A program made the position numbers and the translations under genes. Positions 34,286 to 44,974 of a stretch of DNA of 64,000 bases are shown one piece after another. The notes beneath the pieces are model-generated. The model worked only from the letters and a program-made list of their open reading frames with translations, was not told the origin of the DNA and did no database searches. How positions within the stretch are numbered: the stretch's first letter is position 1; every line of letters starts with the position of its first letter. The DNA is from Selaginella moellendorffii (lineage: Eukaryota > Plantae > Lycopodiophyta). The DNA lies in contig NW_003314396.1 in NCBI RefSeq assembly GCF_000143415.4, forward strand, positions 109,994-173,993, given 5' to 3'.

Positions 34286-35237
34286 GTGGGCTCATGCAAT
34301 TTTGAACCCAAAAATGCACCAAAAAATGCTCGACTAGCATTATTCTTTGAATGGCGTGTGGCCTTATATTGCCATAAATGGACGTACACACACAGCATAA
34401 TTATTCTTTTACACGGCGAATAATCTTGGCGCGGATCGCTGACACGGCATGGCAAAGTTCGAATCACTGACATGGCACAGCTGGATCGAGGCAAGGACAT
34501 GATGTGACAAAGTTCAACCTCCAACAGCAAAATCTAGAAGCTACTCAGTTTGAAATTTGTCAGAGGAATCATAAGATCTGGTTTGTCAGAGGATTTGATG
34601 TGACGTTCAAGCATGTGTTATTTTTGAATTTTCGAACTCATTCCTAGGTCTATCATTTTTGTGCGCCGTGTTCTTGGTTCCGCTGAGCGCAGTGAGCACT
34701 GCTTGTGTAAGCGGCGTTGTGAGCTGTGGTTTATGCGTCTACAAGCGGTTGCGGCATTGCGAGCGCCATTGCGAGCGGCAGTTTATGCGAATGGCAGTTT
34801 ATGCGAGCGGCGCTACGAGCAGTTGCAGTGTTGCGAGCGGCGCTACGAGTAGTTGCGGTGTTGCGAGCGGCACTGTCTTTGGTGTGGCTACCGCTTCCTC
34901 TTGATATTCGGCACTTGTGCTTCCTGGTATGTTCACTATGGAATGGCTTAGGACCACATTTAGAAATGGCATGAGGCCACATGCCATCTTGGGCCCTTGC
35001 AATTTCATGGCTAGCGTATTGTCATGTATGTTTTTACTTGCCTGCAGCTGTGTGTATATCAAGATAGCATGAGGCCTCATGCCAATTTTGTGAATGCAAA
35101 ATTTCACGTGGGTGTCAATAGCATGTTTGAATAATGGCATGTGGCCTCATGCTATTGAGGTTGTTTGGTATGTTATGATTTTGGCCATTCTCCAATCATT
35201 TTTTGTATGGTCTTAACTTCTTTTCTGCACTTTCAGA

Positions 35238-38200
35238 ATGGCCTTCAGGGTTGGGGAAAAGGTTTACATTTTGAATGGTGGGAAGAGAGTTGCAAAAGGG
35301 ACCCTTGTGTCTATGGATCAGAACTTTGTTATACACTGTCAAAGGCTTGGGGAAGGCAATGCTGCTGTATCAGTAGAGACTGTCTTCGATGGGAATGTGG
35401 TTGCTATTGAACGAGGAGAGATGGTCGTCGGGGTAAATATTGTTGTTGCCTTGAAAAATCTTCAGAAGAAAGCAGATGTTGGGGACAGTGCAAGTGCGAC
35501 GCATGTTCCCTCCGTGGATTTTAAGAACCGTGCTACATGGATTCAGGCAAAGGTGTTTCTAAACAACCCCGAGGGGGAGGTGGTAGCTGAGGGCTTAGCC
35601 ACAGTTGTCGATCCAAGAGATGCGGTTGCTAATCAAGAATTGGGCTGGGATGATATTGGAGTTGCGATTTTAGAGGTTGTTGACACAGAAGAAAACAGTC
35701 TGACTATTGGAAGCATTGTACGGTGGAAATTGAGGCACTTAGTGTTTGAGAATGTGAAGGATTCACAATCAAACACCATTACAACTGATGACAGAACATC
35801 TCTTCATGGGAAAAGAAAGTACACCTTCCTAAAGCGCAGCCAAAGGGATCTAAGCAACGAACCGAAAAGGTAGAAAATGGCGATGGAGGTTCGAATGGTC
35901 TCGACAGTTGCTTGTTGCAAGAGGAGGTGCTGTCAGCATGCTGAGGGATGCTATTGAAGAGGAGAGAGCAAGATACAAGACATTGTCCTAGAAGGCAGCT
36001 CCCAATTTTGTGTATGAGGCATTACGGTCATCTGTTGATGCTTCAGAACATCAGGTGGGGGGCATGGTCTTCCAGAGGGGTTTGGTCTGCATGAAGGCAT
36101 GGAGAATCATTTATAGAGTCCCTCGAACCACATTCTATAGAATCAAAACTGAGTTCGAGGAACAAAGGGTTCAACAGGCAGTCCATGAGAACGACGGTAC
36201 GCACAAAACCAGGGGTCATGTTGTATATGGAGAGGCAATCTTCAAGAGGTTTGTCGAGATATGTAGCGAGCAGCAACCACATAAAACCCACCTCTTGGAA
36301 GATGGAACACGAGACACCCAACGAGTTCTCCCTTCCATGTATACCAAGGGGGCCATATTGGAAGATGTGAATCGGGAACTCCAGAGTAATGGCTACAGGA
36401 AGCTGAGCCAATCTAGATTTAGTAGATTGTGGAGCAACAAGTTCAGGGATGTGAGTATAGGAAAGTACTCCAGTTTTCAAAGTGTGACGAGTGCACTACT
36501 ATCAAAATGGCTTTGTCGAAGAATTCTTGCAGCGCTCAAGAGCGAGAGATGTTGGTTAGAAGGCGGCTCGACCACAACATCGAGCAGAGAAGCTGCAGGA
36601 CTGCATATTATCATAACAGGATTCTCTCCATGGAGAGACCTGACTCTTACTTCTGCATCATCCACGACAAAATGGATCAGAAAAAGACATGCTTACCTCG
36701 ACTCAATCCTGCCTCCAAGGCAATCTCTTCATCCATGCAGCTGCCTGTGTCTCTGTTTGGCATAATCGCTCATGGGCATGGTGCCCAGAACTATGGGAAC
36801 TTCTTTGTACCTCTATGGGGTGGCGGGGTGCAAACATGATGATTGCGTCCCTAGCAAAACACTTAAGGTCTCTACAAAGTGCGCAGACTGAGCTGAACGG
36901 CCAACCCTTGCATAAGGCCCTTGTCGATCGAACCCCATACAGGGTTCAGCTGGAGGAGGAGCAAAGGCTTGCAGTATCGCATGGGCCCCCATGCCATCCC
37001 AGTGAATATGTTGGCCGTCAGATTGTAGGGTTATCACGTGAGGCCTCATGCCATTCCGACGAGGCTGGTCGCCCGGTGAATGCACAGCCTCATCCAAACA
37101 AAGCAGAATCTCAAGGAAGTTCTTGCGGCCGATGTGGCCTTCCACCCCATCTTCTGCTCCAAACAGACAATGCTGGCAGTGAGAACAAAAACATGTACGT
37201 CTTCGCGTACTTGGCGATGCTTGTTGCCAAAGGCATATTTGAAACGGTTACACTTGGCTTTCTCATGGTTGGGCACACTCATGAAGACGTCGATGCCATG
37301 TTCAGTCACCTGGCAGAGTCCCTCCGGCAATCCAATGTCCTCACCCTCCCACAACTCTACGATGAATTCCAAAATTGCATCAAAGGCACTGTTGAAGCTG
37401 CACTTGTGACAAAGGTTTCAAACTTTAAGGGGTTTGTAAGAGGCTACATCAGGGACGGATCCAAAACGCTGATTGGCCACTCCAAGCCTCTTCAGTTTCA
37501 TTTCAGCATGCGTGACGGTGCTCCAGTGATGAGGTACAAGATGAGAGAATGGGACACAGTGTGGCTGCCAGTGGACAGCATTGAACTCTTCAAGAGAGAT
37601 CCCATAACTGGGGAACCTATGATTCCTCAGGGTTCCCCACGGCCGATGCACCCGGATGGACTCAAAGACCAGGAAAGTATAGTGGCCGGGATTAGACAGC
37701 ATATTGCCTTCTGGAAGAGGGTGTTGGTGTTTGGTGGAGAATCCTATTTTCAGAGGTGCAAGCCTTTGCTCGAATACTAGGAGAAGATTATATCTGCTAT
37801 CCAAAATGGGCCAGTTGTATATGAAGAATTGGAAGAGTCCTTTTGGCCAGAACCCAGAGCACCAGATAGTAGCGGAACAATGTCCTCTAGAAATGCAGTG
37901 ACAGATAACGATGTTGAGGATCACTATTGTGGGCCGAGGAACAAGAAGCCGAATTCAGCATTCAATCCAGTACAGGTCTGCAAAGGAATGGTCGTGCTTG
38001 TCAGACCCAGTAATAAAAAACAAATGATATGGGTGGGGCGCTGCATCACTGATGTAGAGGAGGACACGGAAACTAACTCCTTCAATGTAACTGTGGAGTG
38101 GTTCAAGCCAAGTTCCGGATATACGAAGGATTGCCTAGAAAAGAGATGGGTGCTCAATCCAAGGGATCCCAGCATGAGCATATCGGTGGATAATGTTGTG

Positions 38201-38302
38201 CATGGTTGGATGCGGAAGCAGAGTGCCACCATCACCTTGCCGGACCATGCAAGAGATGCAACAAGAGCATTCATAACCCGGGTTCAAGGTGAGATTCATT
38301 AA
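35238..38302 (+). pseudogene. Transposase gene (RNase H-fold DDE/D type, DUF7869/Sola-like motifs), disrupted
   Basis: In order: two N-terminal beta-barrel-like repeats (VAKG/VAEG...LG), CCxxxCC, VCMKAW..IY HTH-like region, FSKCDEC, IIHDKMDQ, LQTDNAGSENKN, FLMVGHTHEDVDAMFS, C-terminal SH3/Tudor-like region. Stops at 35871, 35989 and 37778 plus frameshifts. Superfamily not verified. Confidence 0.75.
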
Positions 38303-39016
38303 TATTCCTTTACTAAGTTTCTAATGTATTTTATTTCAAGGTGAACAATCCAAATCTGAATCAGAGGAGGCGTGATGGCATGTGGCCTTACGCCATTCCT
38401 AGGTGAGATGATACAAATAACAAGTATAAATTCTTAGTTGTTCTAGCAAATCTTACTTAAAGTTCAAGGTGAACAAGCCGAATATGAATTCATCAGATTG
38501 TTATAACAAATTGCGAGGTGATGGCATGAGGCGATACGCCATTTGAGAGTGGTAGCCATTCCTATATGAGGTGAGTGAAATATTTATTAGAAATACCTCA
38601 TTCAATTGTGCACTTCTAAATCTTGGTCCACTCAGTACTGTTTGCATGTTTCTATTTTAATTCTTTCTCTAAAATGTTATTTAGCATGTGGCTTCATGCC
38701 ATTGCTCTCCACAATCATGCATTGAATTTTTCTATCCTTGCATAATACTTCTCCATATATATAGCATGTGTGCACATGTGATATGGTTCATTAGGCCTGA
38801 TATAGTGTGTGAGGTAAAACAAAGATGATGTGACATATGCATTTACCAATCACACGTGCATAAATCTAATAATATGGCGTGTGGCCCATATTAATGGCAC
38901 ATAAACCCATATTGTGGGCTTACGTGCTTTATGTACCATCATTCCCTTGCAGCGTGTGTGTTGGTTTCCTTTTATAACACAACAAACTCCATATTTTAGG
39001 GTGAAGAGCGTTCTCA

Positions 39017-39273
39017 TGGCAAGCACAAAATCTGTAAGTGAGGCAGAAAAGGAGACAGAGAAGGAGATAGGTGAAGATGTAGAATATATAAGTCTTCCAA
39101 ACTCCCCGTACTATACTCCAGGTGATCATTTTTCTGAACAAACGGCAACATTAACAACTATTGAGAACACCCCAGTAACGTCAGAGACAACAATCCAAAG
39201 CAAAACAACTGACCCGGAGAAGGATGATAGTACCGCTGAGAGTACCAAAAAGGAGGTGTCCACTAGCGCTTAG
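39017..39273 (+). CDS. Possible exon of a third small transposon gene (acidic, S/T-rich)
   Basis: ATG-started reading frame MASTKSVSEAEKE...; acceptor-like TTTTAG upstream and donor-like GAG|GTGTCC at ~39256; no recognisable domain. Confidence 0.3.
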
Positions 39274-39901
39274 GCTTATAATGGCGTGTGCCCTCATGCC
39301 ATTTACTTGATCACCAAATACCTTTTTCCCTTTGCACTAGTATATCTTAATACCGGTTTGAGAAATAGAATGGCATGTGCCCTCAGGCCTTTCACCTTTG
39401 AAAGAAATGCAAGCCTCTATGTCGTAAAAAAAAGGTACTAGAGAAATTCCTTAATAATATGAATGTTATTTAGTTTCATGAAAATACACTAAGGGTCAAA
39501 TGAGTTAAATGACTTCTCCAGACTAGCAATGCCTCTTGCTACACCTTCACAATTAGATTCGTTAGAAAAAGATAACATTGAATAATATCTAAATGTTCTC
39601 ACCATTAAGTTATATGTCTGGCTAATAGGAATGACGTTCATCTTGGAAAGCTCACCACACGCTCAATGAACAAACAAATAGTGTGTGCGCGCATGCCATT
39701 GCTCTTCTTTAGCTTCAGATTCGGCTTGTTCACCTTGACAATGAGATTTATTATACAACCAGATGGACTCAGTCTGGACACAAATTCACCGCACTAGTCA
39801 CTATACCCCAGATATGTCTAGCCCCTAGACAAAAAACATATCATTTCACGTCATTTTCAAATACTTGAAAATTTGTATCTAGTCCCATTTTACTGAATAA
39901 A

Positions 39902-39925
39902 TCCCACTTTAACGAAATAGAGTTT
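39902..39925 (-). repeat. Right TIR (AAACTCTATTTCGTTAAAGTGGGA on the minus strand)
   Basis: 23/24 match to the left TIR; abuts a truncated LTR A. Confidence 0.92.
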
Positions 39926-40898
39926 AGACCGAGTTCGAGATAGAGTCCGGGATCGAGTCCAAGGCCGAATCGGAGACCGAGTTCGAGACCGAGTTTGAGA
40001 CCAAGCTCGAGACAGAGTCTGAGATCCAAATCGAGTCCGAGACCGAGTCCGAGGTCGACTCCGAAGTCGAGTCCGAGATCGGGTTCGAGTCCAAATACTA
40101 ATACGGGTCAAGGGGTGAAAGCCCAAAGCATGCGTCTCCCAGGGGCGGGGGGGGGGGGCTGCTGGGGGTTCCAAAAGTATAGTAGGGAAGGGATAGTGAG
40201 GTCTAGGAATCAGTCTTGAAGGAACTCTCTAGTGGTGCTTCCAAACTGACTTGAGGTTGAGATTAGGGCCAAGGGGCCTTGGGTGGGAGTGAGCATGGGC
40301 TTGAGTGGTGCCAGAGGGGCCACCCAGGGAAGTGCTCAAGAGCAGCTCCCATTCCCGAAAGAGAAACCGACTGCGGTGCTCCTGGCTCATGTGGAGTGGT
40401 GCCCCACTTGAGTACCTTGTGGCTCATTGGTCCTCGCCCTTCCTAGGGGCTTGGGCCTTCCCTTCGGGATGGAAGTGGGGGGGTAGAGGTACCCATACCG
40501 GGCCGTTAGGCCACGGTGTTTCACCCCGATGTCCCAAAGCAAGTGTTGCACCCAAGGCTTGGGATTTAGAGGGTCCCATGATCAAGTCTTGTTGTACCAA
40601 GGGGTGTTAGGAACCTGACGGCTTGGTGTGCTTGGTTGCTTGTGCCTACAGGGAGTGTAGCCGAACCTTAAGTCCAATCTAACCCGGGGAGGGGGATTGG
40701 GAGGGATTTGGGAATCCGTGGATGGAAGGCTAACTCTCCGTTGCTCATGTAGTGAGTAGCTGAAACCAAGTAGGACCAAGTAGGAGCTGGTACAATAGGC
40801 GAGAACCTTGGCAAAGAAACTTAGCACAAGCCAAAGCAGTGTTGGTCGGATAGACGAGGTAAGCTGGCAAATTGGAAAGGAAAAATTTGTGGCCTACA
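39926..40898 (+). repeat. LTR family A, left-truncated at the DNA transposon TIR
   Basis: Aligns with LTR A from within its hexamer array to the GGCCTACA end. Confidence 0.9.
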
Positions 40899-42480
40899 CC
40901 AAGATGGACCCGAGATGGAGTCCGAGATGGAGTTCGAGATGGACCCGAGATGGAGTCCGAGATGGACCAAGACAGAGTCTGAGATGGACCCGAGATGGAG
41001 CCCGAGATGGACCGAGACAGAGTCCGAGATGGACCCGAGATGGAGTCCGAGATGGACCGAGACGGAGTCCGAGATGGAGTCTGAGAAGGACCCAAGATGG
41101 AGTCCGAGGTCGAGACCGGGACCGAGACCGAGACTGAGGCCCAGGCCGAGACTGAGCCCGAGCCCGAGTCCGAGTCCGAGTTCGAGTTCGAGTCCGAGTT
41201 TGAGTCTGAGAGGGTGAAAGCCCAAAGCGTTCATCTCCCAGACCTTGGGGGGTTTGGTGAGCTCCAAAAGTATAGTAAGGGGGAGGACTGCAGTGGAGCT
41301 AGTTTGGCCAGGAAAGGCCAGTTTGGCCCAAGAAGGCTAGACCCAGTGTTGGGTGATGAACTGACCACTGGGAAGTCCAAGACTAGAGTGAATACAGACC
41401 GACAAATGGGGTAGCTTGGTGAAGTGTTCAAGAGTCGGCTCTAGTTTCCCTCAAGAGATCGACTGGCCGATGCTCCCAGTCCAAGTGTGGGTGGCACTAC
41501 CACTTGGATACCTAGTGTGGCTCAACAGAACCTCGCTCTAAGCCCATAGCTAGAGCACCTAAAGGCAGAAGGTGGGGAGAGTACCCACGGGGCTCGCGTA
41601 GGGCCACGGTGTTCTGAAATGTTGTCCCGAAGTCCCAAATGGGTGTAAGGAGGAGGAGAAATCCTCTAGTGTAGTGACTACGGATACGGTCACATGGTAA
41701 GGAAGTCCCAGAGGACAATGGGACTTAGTGGCCAGGCCTGCAGGCCTTGATCTAGTGGCAATGTTGGATACGGCCATGGACGGAAAAAGGACTTGGCAAG
41801 AACTGACAAAGGGATGTTGGGGAAGGTTATTCCCCATATCTGTGGGCATCCTAAGGATGCTAAGGAGTGGATTTAGGATGACCACTCATGGATGGATGGC
41901 CCAGTCTTGGAGAGACGGGATTGTGATGCAAGTGGTATTGGACCACTAGTGCGGCAAAGGTGAATGGGCATGGCCTTAGCATAACGGGCCAATATGTTAG
42001 TGGTACCTTTGGGTGTTGGTCTTGGGATTGCACATGTAGAGCACTTAGACCAAGTGCAAGAGATGAGTGGCATGGATGCCATTCTCGGGACTAGCAAGTC
42101 CCAAGTCTAGAATTGGACTTAAGGAGGTCGTGAATGAGACTCCTCCAAGTGGTCAGAGGTGTGGTTAAGTGACTAAAGTAGAATGGAAAATTTAGTCACT
42201 TACAACTTGGTATTGGAGCGGTTTCTTAGTCTGACTTTTATTGGTGCTCAAGTATATCACCATTGATGTTGGCATCAGAAGGTCCTAGGAGTGGGCCTAT
42301 CCTTGAAGAGTAGCATGTCAAGAGGACATGGCTCTCCACTCAAATTCATGCATGAACTTGGGCGCGATATGGTGGATAGAAAAGGGCCAGTAAAGGAACG
42401 ACTTTGGGATCTTGGGAATAGTATAAGGATTTCCTCAGAGAGTTGAGGATGTGATCCAGATGAGCGTTTGACTTAGCAAA
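40899..42480 (+). mobile_element. Family C fragment: partial LTR (to 42204), PBS-like site (42208-42218), start of internal region
   Basis: Reverse complement of ~15720-17290 with deletions; ends GTCACTTACA followed by TGGTATTGGAG. Confidence 0.85.
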
Positions 42481-42649
42481 CTGGTTGATGTGGATTATCA
42501 GGGGAGTTTGTTTTGACATTGCAGAGTTCAACCATTAATGGCAATGAAGGAGAGGATGGTGGAGATCACTGGCCATATCTCTGCAGTAACGATTCTCACA
42601 TCAGAAAAGGAGGAAAACATTCTCAAAGCAAGAAAACAAAAAGGGAGTG

Positions 42650-43700
42650 TCAGTCATTACTCTTACCTATACATTATTGTAGAGCTCAAACAATGGAACT
42701 GCAAGTAGTTTGAGATTATTTGAAACAGCAAAGTATTGTCTTTCGGAGAGGAGAACCATGCAGAACTTCTTACACTCCTGACACAAAAATTAATAAAAGA
42801 AATGAGAAGATCATACCAAAGAGTTATGAGTAACGAAGACTAAAGATTAATAACTTTGTTTTCGTGATGTGAGGAGGCTAGTAAGGATATAGCAGCATCT
42901 CAAAGTTTTGTCTCTACCAAATTGCTGCACACCTATACAATCTGGAAGATGGAAATGAACAAAACCAAAGTTCTTCTTTTATATCGTCATGTATTTCCAT
43001 TGTACCTGCTAATTGGGTTAACCTGCTAAGTATTGTCTTTCAAGGAGGAGAACCACACAGAACTTCTTACACTTCTGACTCAAGAAATAATAAAAGAAAT
43101 GAGAAGATCATACAAAAGAATTATGAGTAATGAAGGACAAAGATCAATACCTTTGGTTTGGTGATGTGAGGAGGGCAGTGAGGATATAGCAGCGTTTCAA
43201 AGTTTGGTCTCTACCAAATCTCTACACACCCTACAATCTGGAAGATGGAAACGAACAAAACCAAAGTTCTTCCTTTATATCTTCGTGTATTTCCATTGTA
43301 CCTGCCATTTGGGCTGGATTGAAGCTGTTGTTGGAGTAACCTTGCTCATGAGCTTACTCTTCAATCCTTCCACTCTAAACAATCATAGTTAGCAGCATGA
43401 ATGATGAAAGAAAGATTCTTTACTATTTTCTCCAGTCTCAAGTCTTCCTCTGGAAAACTTGAAAAACGTATTCTGCTGCTTGTGGGCAAGGCCAACCCTA
43501 CAAGATCTTCATTCCTGTCCCTTGTGATCTTTGTCCCTATCCCTTGCACCACCCTTCTTACCAACGCTGGCATTGCTGCTACATACATGTGACCAATCCC
43601 AATCTCTTGGTGGAGAATTCTCGAGGCCTTGAGATCTTCTCACTAGTGATGCTGCTGCTGCTGCTGTGATTCTGGCTTACCTGTAGCATGAAGTCGACTC
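42650..43700 (-). repeat. Locally repeated intron-containing gene-like fragment (related pieces at 50770-51450 and 51720-52000; internal tandem 42730-43010 / 43030-43310)
   Basis: Shared sequence such as AAGTATTGTCTT...GAGAACCA..CAGAACTTCTTACACT and similar peptides (LVQG.G.KI...IRFSSF.EED..LEK); no family recognised. Confidence 0.5.
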
Positions 43701-44951
43701 TACCATTGGGACTTTCAGACAGCCTTTCTGTCACCATACTATCATAAAAAGTTGTAACACGAAAAAGTTTAAAAGCATGATGATTAAAAAATGGTGCTCC
43801 ATATGTGATCCAAGACAAATTATAGCTCTTTAAGGAGAGAGAGAGAGAGAGAGAGAGTGCACTCAGATTTACATGCTGCCTTTCCCTGTTCCTCAACACC
43901 CTGTTGCTTTTCCTTGCTCTTGTTCGCCCTAAAAGCCACAATTCAATTTTTCTCTGATTTGAAAAGTTATGACCTTCCACAACTATATATCAACTGTTAC
44001 ATTTTGGCATATGCCCAGAATAAGCGTCCCCAGTATATGCCATTATTATATTGGATCTTTCTTTTAAATATATAAGTACTAGCAAAAGTCCCAGCTACGC
44101 TTTGTGTCTATTTTTAATATTTTAATAATTTCAAAGAGTTGTAAGTGTAATTATAATTTTTAACATAATTATAATCATAAAATATATATTTAAACATAAC
44201 ATAATCTTAATATTATAAATCTCTTCTACAATTGATTCTATAACCAACACAGATCATAACATAATAAATATAACTTAGTACAATATATCATATTTAAAAC
44301 TATGATTGCTGAGTGAAGTTTTGGATATTCTAAAAATAAAATTTCTCACTATAGGATCACATGAGTCATTTTTTTAATAAAAAATTTTTAATTTTTTTTG
44401 AAATCTCTATATAATTCATAAAAATTTATTATTTATTAAACAATATAATTTTTACTCTAAATAAATCGAATATGATGTTAAAAATATATTTAAAAACTCA
44501 TCTAAAGTGCATAAATCTTTTAAATTTAAAAAATATAAACATTGTTATCGAGTTTATCTTTAATCATTTCAGATTGAATGTTATGGAATTGCATGATAAT
44601 AAGTGAAAGATGTTAGCTTTATGTCTTTTATTTTCTTTTAAAAACTTTTAATATTTTACATATTTATCATTGATATTTCCTTTATAACTAATATTTTATT
44701 CATGCATTTTGAGAATAATATTTAAAATAAAATCTTTATTATATATTATAAAAATTATTTTATGTATTTATTTTCATCAATATGAAAAAAGATTATTACC
44801 TCCCTATATTCATATATTTATATTTAAAATTATTTATTTATGAAACTGTTAAGAATGCTCAAATTTTATGATGATAAATGAATGGTAATGTTTTACTCTA
44901 TGCTGGGGTAGAGTAGGGTTTGATGATATATAATCTTTTCTTTATGATAGA

Positions 44952-44974
44952 AAACCCTAAACCCTAAACCCTAA
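44952..44974. repeat. Short plant telomere-type repeat (telo-box-like)
   Basis: AAACCCTAAACCCTAAACCCTAA. Confidence 0.65.

Larger units (their letters stand above)
18764..39925. mobile_element. Large TIR DNA transposon with transposase and multi-domain cargo gene; contains a nested LTR retrotransposon
   Basis: 24-bp terminal inverted repeats with 1 mismatch; similarity of both flanks to other repeats stops exactly at the TIRs; encodes a DDE-type transposase; the 22-bp palindrome is confined to this interval and its duplicate. Confidence 0.85.

Noticed and set aside
18862-39699. CRISPR-like array formed by the 22-bp palindromes
   Set aside because: Spacing is irregular (tens to thousands of bp), copies lie within genes and introns, there are no cas genes, and the context is eukaryotic.
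44952-44974. True telomere or healed chromosome end
   Set aside because: Only about three repeat units, located internally.
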